From assembly GCA_937879955.1 (NCBI GenBank), contig CALFMK010000001.1:442356-506355 (forward strand): 64,000 bases of DNA. The letters are read 5' to 3'. Origin of the DNA: an uncultured bacterium (lineage in GTDB: Bacteria > Patescibacteriota > Minisyncoccia > Phycocordibacterales > Phycocordibacteraceae). Of the stretch, positions 9,810 to 19,649 are shown one piece after another (within the stretch, counting starts at the first letter, position 1; the number at the start of each line of letters is the position of its first letter). The notes below the pieces were generated by a model. It searched no databases. It was given only the letters and a program-made list of their open reading frames with translations, and had not been told where the DNA came from. The position numbers and the translations under genes are program-made.

Positions 9810-10388
9810 CTAGTACTTCCGGAACGTGGAGGTAACCCTCCCAAGAATCTCGCCTTCTTTCGGATGGATGTCGGGATACCGGTCGTTGGCCGCCTCGAGG
9901 AAGAACGTCTGTCCCTTCTTACGAAGGTACTTGAGCGTATAGCCGTCCTCGGTGAGCGCGACCACAATGTCTCCCGGCTTGAAGCGCTGTGAGCGTTCGA
10001 ACACCACCATGTCCCCGCTCTGGATACCGGCGTCCTGCATGGAGTCGCCCTCGACCTGGAGCAGATAGCTCGCATTCGGGTCATCGATCAGATAGTCTCC
10101 GATCGTCACCGTGTCCGCGAGCTCCTCCTCGGCAGGCGCCGCGAAGCCGGCACGTATGTGCCCAAGGAGCGGGACCCTGAAGAGTCCCGGGGCCGGGACG
10201 AGCTTCCCGGTCCGATCCTTGTTCGCGTATCCTTCCTCTATGAGACGCTCTGACGCGTAGAACGCGGAGCTGCGGGATGAGAGACCGAACAGGTCCATCA
10301 TCTCGGTTATGTTCGGCATGCGCCGGTTCTTCCTATAGAAGGAGAGGAGCTTCCCGCGCCTCGACTCCGTTACGGCTTTCGATTCCAT
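9810..10388 (-). CDS. lexA: LexA-like repressor (wHTH plus S24 peptidase)
   Basis: N-terminal HTH (RMPNITEMMDLFGLSSRSS), Ala-Gly cleavage site (HIRAGF), catalytic Ser (GDSM) and Lys (TLKY). Confidence 0.85.
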   Translation of the reverse strand: MESKAVTESRRGKLLSFYRKNRRMPNITEMMDLFGLSSRSSAFYASERLIEEGYANKDRTGKLVPAPGLFRVPLLGHIRAGFAAPAEEELADTVTIGDYLIDDPNASYLLQVEGDSMQDAGIQSGDMVVFERSQRFKPGDIVVALTEDGYTLKYLRKKGQTFFLEAANDRYPDIHPKEGEILGRVTSTFRKY

Positions 10389-10402
10389 ACTTGAAGCATA
10401 AA

Positions 10403-10416
10403 CGAACAATTGTTCG
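10403..10416. promoter_or_regulatory. SOS (Cheo-type) box CGAAC-AATT-GTTCG
   Basis: Perfect palindrome 14 nt upstream of the lexA start, matching GAAC-N4-GTTC. Confidence 0.8.
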
Positions 10417-10458
10417 AATGCTACCGAACACTATCTAAACGTGTGTAGGTACGGTGGA

Positions 10459-11094
10459 TTACTCCGGGAATATGGCAGACATCATCTCCTCGCCCACCCT
10501 CTCCAGGAGCGTCATGGCGGCGGCCTGATCGCTTCCGTACCCCTCGCGGATCTTCGCGTGCTGATGATCGAGGAAGGCCTGTCCGCTCGTCCGGTCGTTG
10601 CCTTGTCGCCTGAACGTGACGCCGTCGTTGAATATGTTCACCATCTTCGGCAGCGTCTTATCCATGACCTTCACGAACCGCGCCTCGGGTGTCGCGAGGC
10701 TTTCATACGCGTCGATCGTCTCACCAATCCATGGGAGCTCCGTATCAAACTCGGCTCGTATGCGCGCGAGCGCAGCCGCCTCCCGCTCCTCCTTACCAGC
10801 ATGATCGGCAGCGGTCATGATGTGCGCCGTCGGGGTGTCTCCGGCATACGTTTCGACGAGATCATGCACGAGCGCGAACTGCGCGACCAGCCCTCGGTCG
10901 AGCTCGGGCACGAAGCGCTCCGCGAACGCGCAGGCCACGAGTCCGAGCATCACCGTATGGTCCGTATCGGACTCCGGCGTCATGCCGTCCGGGTGGCAGG
11001 TGACACGATCCACCCTCCCGAACGCGAGCGAGAGGTTCGCCAGATCCATGAGTGCCTTCACGGACGATGGCTCGAGTTCGGGCGTCTGTTCCAT
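10459..11094 (-). CDS. HD-domain phosphohydrolase (YfbR/HDDC2-like)
   Basis: ESDTDHT, ALVHDLVETYAGDT, EARFVKVMDK. Confidence 0.88.
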   Translation of the reverse strand: MEQTPELEPSSVKALMDLANLSLAFGRVDRVTCHPDGMTPESDTDHTVMLGLVACAFAERFVPELDRGLVAQFALVHDLVETYAGDTPTAHIMTAADHAGKEEREAAALARIRAEFDTELPWIGETIDAYESLATPEARFVKVMDKTLPKMVNIFNDGVTFRRQGNDRTSGQAFLDHQHAKIREGYGSDQAAAMTLLERVGEEMMSAIFPE

Positions 11095-11101
11095 GTCGAG
11101 A

Positions 11102-11731
11102 CTAGACCCCTACGAGAACCTGGAACACGTATCGGATAAGGAGCCCGAACGGCGCCGAGAGGAAGTAGGAGAACAGGAAGAGCACGAGGACGAGCGAGAG
11201 GATGCCGCCAGCCTGGATCTTGTACTCGAGGTCGCGGAGCGCGAGCGATGCGCGGTACGGCAGTATCCCGCGAAGCACCGTGAACCCGTCGAGCGGCGGG
11301 ATCGGAACGAGGTTGAAGAGGCCGAGCGAGAGGTTCACGAGCACCACGAGCGACGCGAGGCTGCCGAAAGCGTCCATGCCCTCCGCGAACGCGAGGCGTG
11401 CAAGAACGGCGAAGATGACGGCGACGAGAAGATTCGTGGCGACGCCCGCAGCCCCGACGATGGCCTCGCCCCACCGCTGGTTCTTCAAATTGTACGGATT
11501 GTACGGAACCGGCTTAGCCCAGCCGAACAGGAAGCCAGAATTCGTGAGGACGAGGACTGCCGGGATGAGGATGGAGCCTACCGGATCCACGTGCTTTATA
11601 GGGTTCAGGGTCAAGCGGCCCTGCAGCTTTGCCGTAGGATCGCCGAGCGCGTTAGCAGCCCATCCGTGGGCTACTTCATGCAGGATGACCGAGATAATGA
11701 GCACTATGACGGTAAAAATAGTGGTTTCCAT
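11102..11731 (-). CDS. Site-2 protease family (M50) membrane metalloprotease
   Basis: HEVAHG, GRLTLNP, FNLVPIPPLDG. Confidence 0.93.
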   Translation of the reverse strand: METTIFTVIVLIISVILHEVAHGWAANALGDPTAKLQGRLTLNPIKHVDPVGSILIPAVLVLTNSGFLFGWAKPVPYNPYNLKNQRWGEAIVGAAGVATNLLVAVIFAVLARLAFAEGMDAFGSLASLVVLVNLSLGLFNLVPIPPLDGFTVLRGILPYRASLALRDLEYKIQAGGILSLVLVLFLFSYFLSAPFGLLIRYVFQVLVGV

Positions 11732-11777
11732 GGAGAAGTTGCTTAAAAACGCCCGTTTATGCTAGCATGCAGGAACT

Positions 11778-12023
11778 ATGGCACGCGAATGCGCAGTAAC
11801 AGGAAAGTCGACCCAGATTGGAGGGCGGTACTCTAACCGTACCCGCGCTACCCAGTTCAACCCTACCGGGAAGGTACGCCGCCAGGCGAACCTCACGAAG
11901 CGCCGCGTCTTCGTCGCAGAGCTCGGCAAGGCACTCCTCATCGACGTGAGCGCCAAGGGCATGCGCCACATCAAGAAGAACGGCGCCTTCGCCACCCTCA
12001 AGAAGGCAGGGGTCATCAAGTAA
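11778..12023 (+). CDS. rpmB: 50S ribosomal protein L28
   Basis: MARECAVTGK...RRQANL...VSAKGMRHIKKNG. Confidence 0.9.
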   Translation: MARECAVTGKSTQIGGRYSNRTRATQFNPTGKVRRQANLTKRRVFVAELGKALLIDVSAKGMRHIKKNGAFATLKKAGVIK

Positions 12024-12049
12024 AAAGAGCCGGCTCGTCCGGCTCTTTT
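12023..12049. terminator. Terminator between convergent rpmB and the ComEC-MBL gene
   Basis: AAAAGAGCCGG-ctcgt-CCGGCTCTTTT. Confidence 0.75.
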
Positions 12050-12063
12050 CTTTTATATCCGTA

Positions 12064-12930
12064 TTACTTGCGCGAGACCGTCTTCCCGTCCGAGACGAAG
12101 ATGATCGTGCCACTCTCTATCGTCGAGATGGCTGCCGCCCCCGAATCCCTGATTCGCTCGAGCACATCCGCGCTCGGATGACCGTACGAATTGTCCTTGC
12201 CTGCCGATATGACGACCGTATCCGGATCGACCGCACCGAGGAAGAGCGCGCCGGTCGAGGTCTTCGAGCCGTGATGCCCGGCCTTGAGCACATCGCTCCT
12301 CAGACCATCTCCGTATCCCTTCACGAGACGGTCCTCTACCCAGGACGGCGCGTCGCCCGTGAGCATGAACTCGGTATCGCCGTATACCAGCCGCATCACC
12401 ACCGACGCATCGTTCGTATCAGGAAGCTTCGCGACGTTGTCCTCGGGGTGAAGTACGTCCGCATAGGCCCCGCCGCCCAGATGGATGCGCATACCCTTCC
12501 GCGCGACTCCCCGCGCCATCCCGCGCTCACCTGTGGACGCTGCCTCGAGGCGATCGACGAATGAAGAGTCGGTCTCGCGTCCGGATGAGAGGAGGTGCGC
12601 TACCTGGTAGCGCGCGAGCACGTCCGGGAGCCCTCCGATATGATCCGCATCAGGGTGCGTCGCCACCATCAGGTCGATCGTGCGGTCGAGCGGACCCATG
12701 ACCTTAGGCAGCGCGCGTATGACCGAACGATCCTTCCCGCCGTCGATGAGTACCTGTATACCGGTCGGTCCTTTCACGAGGATGCTGTCTCCTTGCCCGA
12801 CATCGAGGAACGAGACCGTGAGGGTCGGCGCCGCATCATGCCTCAACGCGAGCGCATACGCCGCCGCGTTCCCTGCGAGCAGCAGGAACGTGAGCAGCGC
12901 GAGCACCGGATACGGGATGCGGGTCTTCAT
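12064..12930 (-). CDS. ComEC/Rec2-type metallo-beta-lactamase domain protein
   Basis: FLDVGQGDS, THPDADHIGG, NDASVV, LTGDA, LKAGHHGSKTS, NSYGHP. Confidence 0.92.
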   Translation of the reverse strand: MKTRIPYPVLALLTFLLLAGNAAAYALALRHDAAPTLTVSFLDVGQGDSILVKGPTGIQVLIDGGKDRSVIRALPKVMGPLDRTIDLMVATHPDADHIGGLPDVLARYQVAHLLSSGRETDSSFVDRLEAASTGERGMARGVARKGMRIHLGGGAYADVLHPEDNVAKLPDTNDASVVMRLVYGDTEFMLTGDAPSWVEDRLVKGYGDGLRSDVLKAGHHGSKTSTGALFLGAVDPDTVVISAGKDNSYGHPSADVLERIRDSGAAAISTIESGTIIFVSDGKTVSRK

Positions 12931-13013
12931 GAGCCAGGGACATAATCGCATGCTCACGCGCTCCTCATGCCCTGAGGCGGTATACTCTGCCCAGGAACTA
13001 ACACCTCGAACCT

Positions 13014-13610
13014 ATGTCATACACCGCCCGCACGTTTGATCTCCCTACCTTGAAGGGCCTCTCCCCCGAGCAAATCGCCGTACACCTCGCGCTCTACGAG
13101 GGCTACGTGAAGCACACGAACCTCATCCTCGACACCATAAAGAGACTGCGCGACGCGGATGCCGAAGGCAACGCGTTCGTCATCAACGAGCTTCGCCGCC
13201 GCCTCGGGTTCGAGTTCGACGGGATGCGCATGCATGAGTACTACTTCGAGCAGTTCGAGGGCGGAGGCGCGGTCGCATCCGCCGAGGACAGCCTCCGGAA
13301 GGTCGCCATCGAGAAGTACGGCAGCTGGGACGGGTTCATCGCGCATATAAAAGAGGTTGCCGGGACCCGCGGCATCGGCTGGGTCGTCGTGTACTACGAC
13401 GCACGCACCGCGACGCTGCACACGGCGTTCGTGAACGATCACGAGCTCGGACAGCTCGCCGGACTCCCGATCATGCTCGCGATCGACCTCTGGGAGCACG
13501 CGTACATGGTCGACTACAGGCCGGCCGAGAAGAAGACCTACGTGGAAGCATTCCTCGAGAACGTGCACTGGCCGGTCGTCGAAGAACGCCTGAGAAAAGC
13601 GCTCGCATAG
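13014..13610 (+). CDS. Fe/Mn superoxide dismutase
   Basis: Ligand pattern VHLALYEGY, RMHEYYF, DLWEHAY. Confidence 0.9.
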   Translation: MSYTARTFDLPTLKGLSPEQIAVHLALYEGYVKHTNLILDTIKRLRDADAEGNAFVINELRRRLGFEFDGMRMHEYYFEQFEGGGAVASAEDSLRKVAIEKYGSWDGFIAHIKEVAGTRGIGWVVVYYDARTATLHTAFVNDHELGQLAGLPIMLAIDLWEHAYMVDYRPAEKKTYVEAFLENVHWPVVEERLRKALA

Positions 13611-13612
13611 CG

Positions 13613-15094
13613 CTAGGCACGAAGCGCCCGGGAGGCCTCTGGCTTCCCGGGCGCTTTCGCTATGACCCATCCGAGAATGACATACGAAAGAATGGTGATT
13701 GCGAACGGGAACTGCGGAACCGCGAAGGACGCAAGCGGAAGCGTCGCTGTGAATCGCGCGGTCTCGATGACATACGAGAGAAGCACGTGCGCCGGGAACC
13801 CGAAGAGCGGCGCGGCAGCAGGCATGAGCATGCTCAGCACGCCCGCGAGCGCGGAGAGCGCCATTGCGAGCGGCACCACCGGGAGCACGAGCAGGTTCGC
13901 CGGGAGCGAGACCACGGAGAAGAGGCCGGTCTGATACAGGAGGAGCGGGAGCACGGCGACCTGGGCAGCGAGCGTCGCCGCGAGGAGATCGCGCCAGAAC
14001 GCGCTCGCGATCCACATGAAGCGAGCCTCGATGATCGGCGAGAGAAGGATGAGGCCGAGCGTGGCCAGGAAGGACAGCTGGAATCCAGGATCGTACGCGA
14101 GAAGGAGCGGATTCGCGACGAGCATCAGGAACGCGACGAACAGGAGCGCCCGGACGACCGCATACGTGCGGCCGGTTGCCCGAGCGAAGAGCGCGAGCCC
14201 TGCCATGAGTCCCGCGCGTATGCTCGCGCTTCCGGCTCCTGCGGCGAGCACGAAGAATCCTATGATGACGCCGGCCACCGATGCCGCCACCCGCTTCGGA
14301 AGGAAGCCGAGCGCGCGAAGCACGCTCTCCGCGACGATCATCACGTTATAACCGGACAGCACGACGATATGCACGAGCCCGGCGATGACGAACATTGCGA
14401 GGAGCTCCTCCCCGAGCCCCTGCTTCCCGCCCGTGATGAGCCCTGATGCGAGGGATGCGCCCGGCTCGGGTATGCCCGCGGCAAGCGCGTCCTGGAATGC
14501 GTGCTTCCCTTCGATCAGAAGCGCCATGGCATGCGCGGATATGCCGCGCGCGGAATCGATAGGATCGATATGCGCCTTGCTCACGAGCGCGAAGATACCG
14601 TCCTTCGAGAGGAAGCGGTCATAGCGGAAGGTGCGCCCCGTATCGGTCTCGAACGGCTCAGGGCGCTCGAGCCTTCCCTGGACCTCTACATGGTCCCCGT
14701 ACCTTACTTCAGGATAGAGCGGTGCCACCGCGAGCACCTTCGTCCTCTCACCGTCCTTCTCGACCTGGATGGTGACGCGTTGCGTCGTCTCGCGGATATC
14801 GGGCTCGGCGACCACGACGCCTTCGAACGACACCGTCGCGTCGAGGAGCGGGACGAACGGTTCGGGAAGATGCGCAGGCGCGAGCATCACGCGTCCGGCA
14901 CCGAGCACGCCTCCCATGAGCGCGACCGCGATGATGAGGTACCCGGTCCGTCTCTCGCGCTTCCATGCGAAAAGCGTGAGCGCAGCTATGAGAGATATGA
15001 ATACGAGATAGTGCCACGGTAAAACGAGAAGCGAGCGGCATAGTGTGCCGCTCGCGAATCCTGCGAACCCTGCAAGGAGGATCCTGTCCCTCAT
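13613..15094 (-). CDS. comEC: ComEC/Rec2 competence membrane protein (OB plus competence domain)
   Basis: Start ATG 15094 overlapping the rnhA stop; GLVHIVVLSGYN, SASIRAGLM, NPLLLAYDPGFQLSFLAT, SLPANLL. Confidence 0.9.
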   Translation of the reverse strand: MRDRILLAGFAGFASGTLCRSLLVLPWHYLVFISLIAALTLFAWKRERRTGYLIIAVALMGGVLGAGRVMLAPAHLPEPFVPLLDATVSFEGVVVAEPDIRETTQRVTIQVEKDGERTKVLAVAPLYPEVRYGDHVEVQGRLERPEPFETDTGRTFRYDRFLSKDGIFALVSKAHIDPIDSARGISAHAMALLIEGKHAFQDALAAGIPEPGASLASGLITGGKQGLGEELLAMFVIAGLVHIVVLSGYNVMIVAESVLRALGFLPKRVAASVAGVIIGFFVLAAGAGSASIRAGLMAGLALFARATGRTYAVVRALLFVAFLMLVANPLLLAYDPGFQLSFLATLGLILLSPIIEARFMWIASAFWRDLLAATLAAQVAVLPLLLYQTGLFSVVSLPANLLVLPVVPLAMALSALAGVLSMLMPAAAPLFGFPAHVLLSYVIETARFTATLPLASFAVPQFPFAITILSYVILGWVIAKAPGKPEASRALRA

Positions 15095-15507
15095 GCCCCG
15101 CGATCCATCGCCTCGTTCGCGAGACGGTCCGCGTCCTTGTTGTGCTCGCGATACACGTGCTCGAACGATACCGATCCGAACAAGCGAACGAGCTCGCTGA
15201 CCTTCTCTGCCAGCGGCCTCATGTTCGGATGCTTGATCTTCCACTCGCCTTTCATCTGCCGTATCACGAGCATGCTGTCCATGCGGACGTGGACTTCCGC
15301 GTCTTTCGCCTTCTGTCCGAGCATGGTCGCGAGCATGGCGAGCCCGCGTAGCACGGCCGTATACTCGGCGACATTGTTGGTCGTGGTACCGAGGAACTCG
15401 GAGACCGTGCCCACGACCTCTCCCGCCTCGTTCCTTATGATCGCCCCGCTGCCCGCAGGCCCCGGATTCCCGCGCGAACCGCCGTCTCCGTATATCGTAA
15501 AGCGCAT
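15091..15507 (-). CDS. rnhA: Ribonuclease HI family protein
   Basis: DGGSRGNPGPAG, TNNVAEY, DSMLVI.Q, HVYREHNKDADRLAN. Confidence 0.93.
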   Translation of the reverse strand: MRFTIYGDGGSRGNPGPAGSGAIIRNEAGEVVGTVSEFLGTTTNNVAEYTAVLRGLAMLATMLGQKAKDAEVHVRMDSMLVIRQMKGEWKIKHPNMRPLAEKVSELVRLFGSVSFEHVYREHNKDADRLANEAMDRGA

Positions 15508-15524
15508 AGGAATCAGTATAGCAA

Positions 15525-17267
15525 TCAGCGGATCTCAACGATGCGCAGCCGGAGCGGCTGCCCGCGCGTGAACGTGTCCTCCTCGAGATGCGCGAGGAGC
15601 GCGACGACCTGCCCCTTCGCGAGCCTCTCCGCACGATTCCCGAGCTGGCGCTTCGCGTAGAAGGTCATGGCCTCAATCGGCGGCTCCGGGAACTCCTCAT
15701 GCCCGCGCCGTATCGCGAGGCGCAGATGCTCGTCCGCCTTCCCGAACCACGAGACGTGCTCGATGTACGCCTCATTGAACGCGATGGCCGGCTTCGGATT
15801 CATCATGCCGAACGGCGCGAGCCTCTCGATCCTCTTGAGGAGATCCTTCGAGACCTGGTCCGTATCCATGGCGAGGTCCGCACGCACGGCCTCGCGCTCG
15901 TCTTCCTTCGGAAGCGATGCGAGCGCGGCAGCGAGCCGCTCCTCGAGATCGAAGACCGCGTGAGGCGCGACGGAGAAGCCGCCGGAGGCCTTGTGCCCGC
16001 CGAAGCCGAGGAACGTATCCCCGGCCGCCTGCATGAGCTCGACCACGTTCGCGTTCCCCGGGCCCGAACGGCACGATCCCTTCATGGTGTCGTTCCCCTC
16101 GCGTCCCCAGAGGAAGACCGGCCGCCCGTACTCCTCGGCGATGCCGTTCGCCACGAGCCCGAGGAGCCCCGGACGCCAGTCCGGATCCCCCATCGCGATG
16201 ACCGAGGAGAGCTCCTTCCCTTCGCTCTTACGTTCCATGAGCCGGTCATGGACCGCGCGCGTTATGGCACCCGCCGTCGCGCGTCGGGAACGGTTGAGCG
16301 ACTCGAGCTTCTTCGCGAGCTCGTCTGCCTGCGACTCGTCGGTCGTCGAGAGCAGGAGGAATGCGTCTCTCGGATCGCCCATGCGCGACGCCGCATTGAT
16401 CCTTGGCGCGATCATGAAGCCGACATCGTCCTCGACGATCTTCCTCTGGTCGACCCGCGCGACCTTGCAGAGCTTCTGGAGGCCGAGACGCGGAGACTTC
16501 CGCATCACCATGAGCCCGTACGTCGCGATGACGCGGTTCTCGCCGGTAAGCGGGACCATGTCGGCGATAGTGGACATGCCTGCCATATCGAGAAGCCACT
16601 TCTCCCACCCCTCCGGTATCAGCTCGCGTCCCGGGAAACCGGCCGCAAGCGTTCCGCACACGAGCTTCCATGCGACACCAGCACCGCACAGTCCCTTATA
16701 GGGATAGGTCTCGTCTTCCCGCGCGTTCGGGTTGAGGACCGCGAACGCAGGAGGAAGGCCGTCAGCGCTCGGGAGGTGATGGTCGGTAACGATCACGTCC
16801 ATGCCGAGCTCGTTCGCCCGTGCCACCGCGACAGTGTCCGTGATACCGGAGTCGACCGTGATGACGAGCGTGACGCCTTCGCGCGCGAGCTTCTCGAGCC
16901 CTGGGATATTCACGCCGTACCCCTCGTTATGGCGGTGCGGGATGTAGTTCACGAAATTCGCCCCGGCCTTCTTGAGGAAATCGTGCATGAGCACGCCGCC
17001 AGGTATGCCGTCGCAGTCATAATCGCTCCAGACCGCGACCTTCTCGCTCGTTCCGATCGCCTGTGCAAGGCGCTCCGCCGCCTTCGGCATGTCGATCATC
17101 AGCATCGGGTCGTGTATGTGCTCGTCGTACGAGGGCGAGAGGAATGCCTCCGCCTCCGCGAGCGTCGTCACGCCGCGCCTCGCGAGGAGCGATGCCGTCA
17201 TGTCGTCATAAGCCTCGAGCGCTTTCCGCACGGTCTCGTCTATCGGGTCATGGAGGAGAAAGGCCAT
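15525..17267 (-). CDS. recJ: ssDNA exonuclease RecJ
   Basis: DYDCDG, TVDSG, TDHH, TIADMVPL, APRINAASR, GGHKASGG. Confidence 0.95.
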   Translation of the reverse strand: MAFLLHDPIDETVRKALEAYDDMTASLLARRGVTTLAEAEAFLSPSYDEHIHDPMLMIDMPKAAERLAQAIGTSEKVAVWSDYDCDGIPGGVLMHDFLKKAGANFVNYIPHRHNEGYGVNIPGLEKLAREGVTLVITVDSGITDTVAVARANELGMDVIVTDHHLPSADGLPPAFAVLNPNAREDETYPYKGLCGAGVAWKLVCGTLAAGFPGRELIPEGWEKWLLDMAGMSTIADMVPLTGENRVIATYGLMVMRKSPRLGLQKLCKVARVDQRKIVEDDVGFMIAPRINAASRMGDPRDAFLLLSTTDESQADELAKKLESLNRSRRATAGAITRAVHDRLMERKSEGKELSSVIAMGDPDWRPGLLGLVANGIAEEYGRPVFLWGREGNDTMKGSCRSGPGNANVVELMQAAGDTFLGFGGHKASGGFSVAPHAVFDLEERLAAALASLPKEDEREAVRADLAMDTDQVSKDLLKRIERLAPFGMMNPKPAIAFNEAYIEHVSWFGKADEHLRLAIRRGHEEFPEPPIEAMTFYAKRQLGNRAERLAKGQVVALLAHLEEDTFTRGQPLRLRIVEIR

Positions 17268-17313
17268 CGTCCGTGCATTGTATCAAAATCGGCTCGCGGG
17301 GTATCCTCTGCGT

Positions 17314-17727
17314 ATGGAGGACACCATTTTCATGAAGATCATCCGCCGGGAGGTTCCCGCGGACATCGTGTACGAGGACGACGAGACGCTCGCGTTCCTC
17401 GACATCGCCCCGAACGCGCCCGGCCACACGCTCGTGATCCCGAAGAGGCCGTTCCGGAACATCTTCGATGTCGACCAGGAGACCTTCGCCGCGGTCATGG
17501 AGACGGTGCGCAAGATCGCCCCGGCGGTCCGCGACGCGGTAGGCGCGTCGGGTGTGCACATAAACTCGAACCATGAGCCTGAGGCAGGACAGGAGGTGCC
17601 TCATCTCCATATGCATATCATCCCCCGCCACGACCGGAGCTATTTCGAGTTCCCGTGGCCGAAGCTTCCGTACGTCGAGCGCGAAGCTAAAGATATCGCG
17701 GAGAAGATCCGCAGCAGGATCGGCTAG
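17314..17727 (+). CDS. HIT family hydrolase
   Basis: AFLDIAP..GHTLVIPK, GQEVPHLHMHIIPR. Confidence 0.95.
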   Translation: MEDTIFMKIIRREVPADIVYEDDETLAFLDIAPNAPGHTLVIPKRPFRNIFDVDQETFAAVMETVRKIAPAVRDAVGASGVHINSNHEPEAGQEVPHLHMHIIPRHDRSYFEFPWPKLPYVEREAKDIAEKIRSRIG

Positions 17728-18857
17728 TCGAGCGCCTTCAGGCCCGGCAGCGTCCCTTTCGCGAGATAGTCGAGCATCGCGCCGCCGCCGGTCGAGATGA
17801 ACGAGAAGTCATCGTTCAGCCTGAGCGACTCTATGGCCGCGACCGTATCGCCGCCACCGACGATCGATCGGGCATCGACATCCGCGATTACCCTCGCGAG
17901 CGCGATCGTCCCCTGCACGAATCCGTTCTCGTAGTTTCCGAGCGGCCCGTTCCAGAGGATGGTCTTCGCCTTCGACGCGTATCCCGCGAGCAGCGCGACC
18001 GTCTCCGGCCCGTTATCGAGGATCGCCTCGTCCGGCCTCACGTCGTTCACGTCGCAGACGCGTCCCGCGCTCACGTCCTTCCCTGCCGGCGCGACGACGT
18101 AGTCGACCGGGAGCAGGAGCTTCTTGCTCTTGGCCAGCACGCGCAGCTCATTCGCATCCGCCCCAGACACGAGCGATCTCCCGACCGGGAATCCTTTCGC
18201 CTGCATGAAATCGTTCGCGAGCGCGCCCCCAACGAACACCGCCTTATATGACTTCAGAAGCTTCTTCAGCACCGGCTCCTTCGTGGCAAACTTCGCGCCA
18301 CCGATGATCGCGAGCGACGGATGCTTCGGTCGCAGCGCCTTCGACAGCTGTCGCACCTCCTCCTGCACGAGGAAGCCTGCGTAGCTCGGGAGAAGCGCCG
18401 GCACGCCGACTACCGAGGCGTGCGCCCTATGGCACACGTCGAAGGAATCCTCGACGAACACGTCCGCGAGCGCGGCCAGGCTCGCCGCGAAGGCAGGGTC
18501 GTTCCCCTGCTCTCCCTTGTCGCGCCGCAGGTTCTCGAGCATGAGCACGCCGCCCGGCGGGAGCGCTTCGACGGCAGCGTGCGCCGCAGCATCGACCGTT
18601 GTCGGACAGAACGCGAGGTCTCGCACGAACCCCTTCATGGCTCGATAGACCGGCTCGAGCGTCTCCGTGCCCTTGTCGCCGATATGCCCGATGAGTATCA
18701 CGCGCGCATGGCGCTTCCGGAGGTATTCGATCGTCGGGAGCGCCTGGCGGAGACGGAAGGCGCCTGAGACCTCCCCGTCCTTCACGGGCACGTTGAGCGC
18801 GGCACGTACCAGGACCGGCACGTTCTCGAGCTTCTTTATTTTCTCGACGCTCCGCAT
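17724..18857 (-). CDS. pgk: Phosphoglycerate kinase
   Basis: LENLR, HRAHAS, IIGGAK, WNGPLG, GGGDT, ISTGGGA. Confidence 0.96.
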   Translation of the reverse strand: MRSVEKIKKLENVPVLVRAALNVPVKDGEVSGAFRLRQALPTIEYLRKRHARVILIGHIGDKGTETLEPVYRAMKGFVRDLAFCPTTVDAAAHAAVEALPPGGVLMLENLRRDKGEQGNDPAFAASLAALADVFVEDSFDVCHRAHASVVGVPALLPSYAGFLVQEEVRQLSKALRPKHPSLAIIGGAKFATKEPVLKKLLKSYKAVFVGGALANDFMQAKGFPVGRSLVSGADANELRVLAKSKKLLLPVDYVVAPAGKDVSAGRVCDVNDVRPDEAILDNGPETVALLAGYASKAKTILWNGPLGNYENGFVQGTIALARVIADVDARSIVGGGDTVAAIESLRLNDDFSFISTGGGAMLDYLAKGTLPGLKALD

Positions 18858-18859
18858 TG

Positions 18860-19609
18860 CTAGGAGACCACCTTCACGAGCGCGGAGAATCCGGCGACGT
18901 CGGTAGATGCGCGGCCGACGAGGAACCCGTCGATGCCGGTACCTGCCGCGAGCGCGCGAGCGTCGTCAGCGTCGACCGACCCGCCGTAGAGGATGCGGAC
19001 CTTCTGGTTCGCGCGCCCCGGCATGAAATCGGCGAGCACCTTCCGTATGTAGAGGACCATCTCGCTCAGGTCGGACGGCTGGATCGCCTCCGCATCCGTC
19101 TTCCCGATCGCCCAGATGGGCTCGTACGCGATGACCGCCGACAGGCGTTCCTTGGTCGAGAAGGACACGAACGCGGCGCTCACCTGCTGCCGGACCTTCT
19201 TGAGGTACTGTGCCTCGGGATCACGCTCGGCCTCGCCGACGCATATGATCGGCGTCATGCCGTGCGCGAGCGCATGACGCGCCTTCTCGACGACGATCTC
19301 ATCCGTCTCCCCGCGCGCCCTGCGCTCGGAATGCCCTACGATGACGTACGAGACGCCGAGCTCCTTCAGGAGCCCTGCCGTGACCTCGCCGGTTTGTGCC
19401 CCGCCGACCGTTATCGATACGTCCTGGGCGGCGAGCCAGGGCCCGTTCGCCGCAGGCTTCGAAGGCGCGAGCAGTCCGAGATACGGGAGCGGCGGCGCGA
19501 CCACGATCTCATGGTCGCCCTTCGCTGCAAGGCGCTTCGCGCCCGCGTAGAGCGCCATCGCCTTCGCCTTCGATTCCACGTACGCCTTCCAGTTTCCGAC
19601 GATGAGCAT
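18860..19609 (-). CDS. tpiA: Triosephosphate isomerase
   Basis: VGNWK, GHSERR, AYEPIWAIG, LYGGSV, LVGRAS. Confidence 0.96.
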   Translation of the reverse strand: MLIVGNWKAYVESKAKAMALYAGAKRLAAKGDHEIVVAPPLPYLGLLAPSKPAANGPWLAAQDVSITVGGAQTGEVTAGLLKELGVSYVIVGHSERRARGETDEIVVEKARHALAHGMTPIICVGEAERDPEAQYLKKVRQQVSAAFVSFSTKERLSAVIAYEPIWAIGKTDAEAIQPSDLSEMVLYIRKVLADFMPGRANQKVRILYGGSVDADDARALAAGTGIDGFLVGRASTDVAGFSALVKVVS

Positions 19610-19649
19610 GCCTCTATAGTAGCAGGTAGGAATCGGCCCGGGAGCGATA

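Noticed and set aside
13613-15634. 673-aa ORF as listed in the track
   Set aside because: The first 180 codons overlap rnhA and recJ out of frame; the true comEC start is ATG 15094
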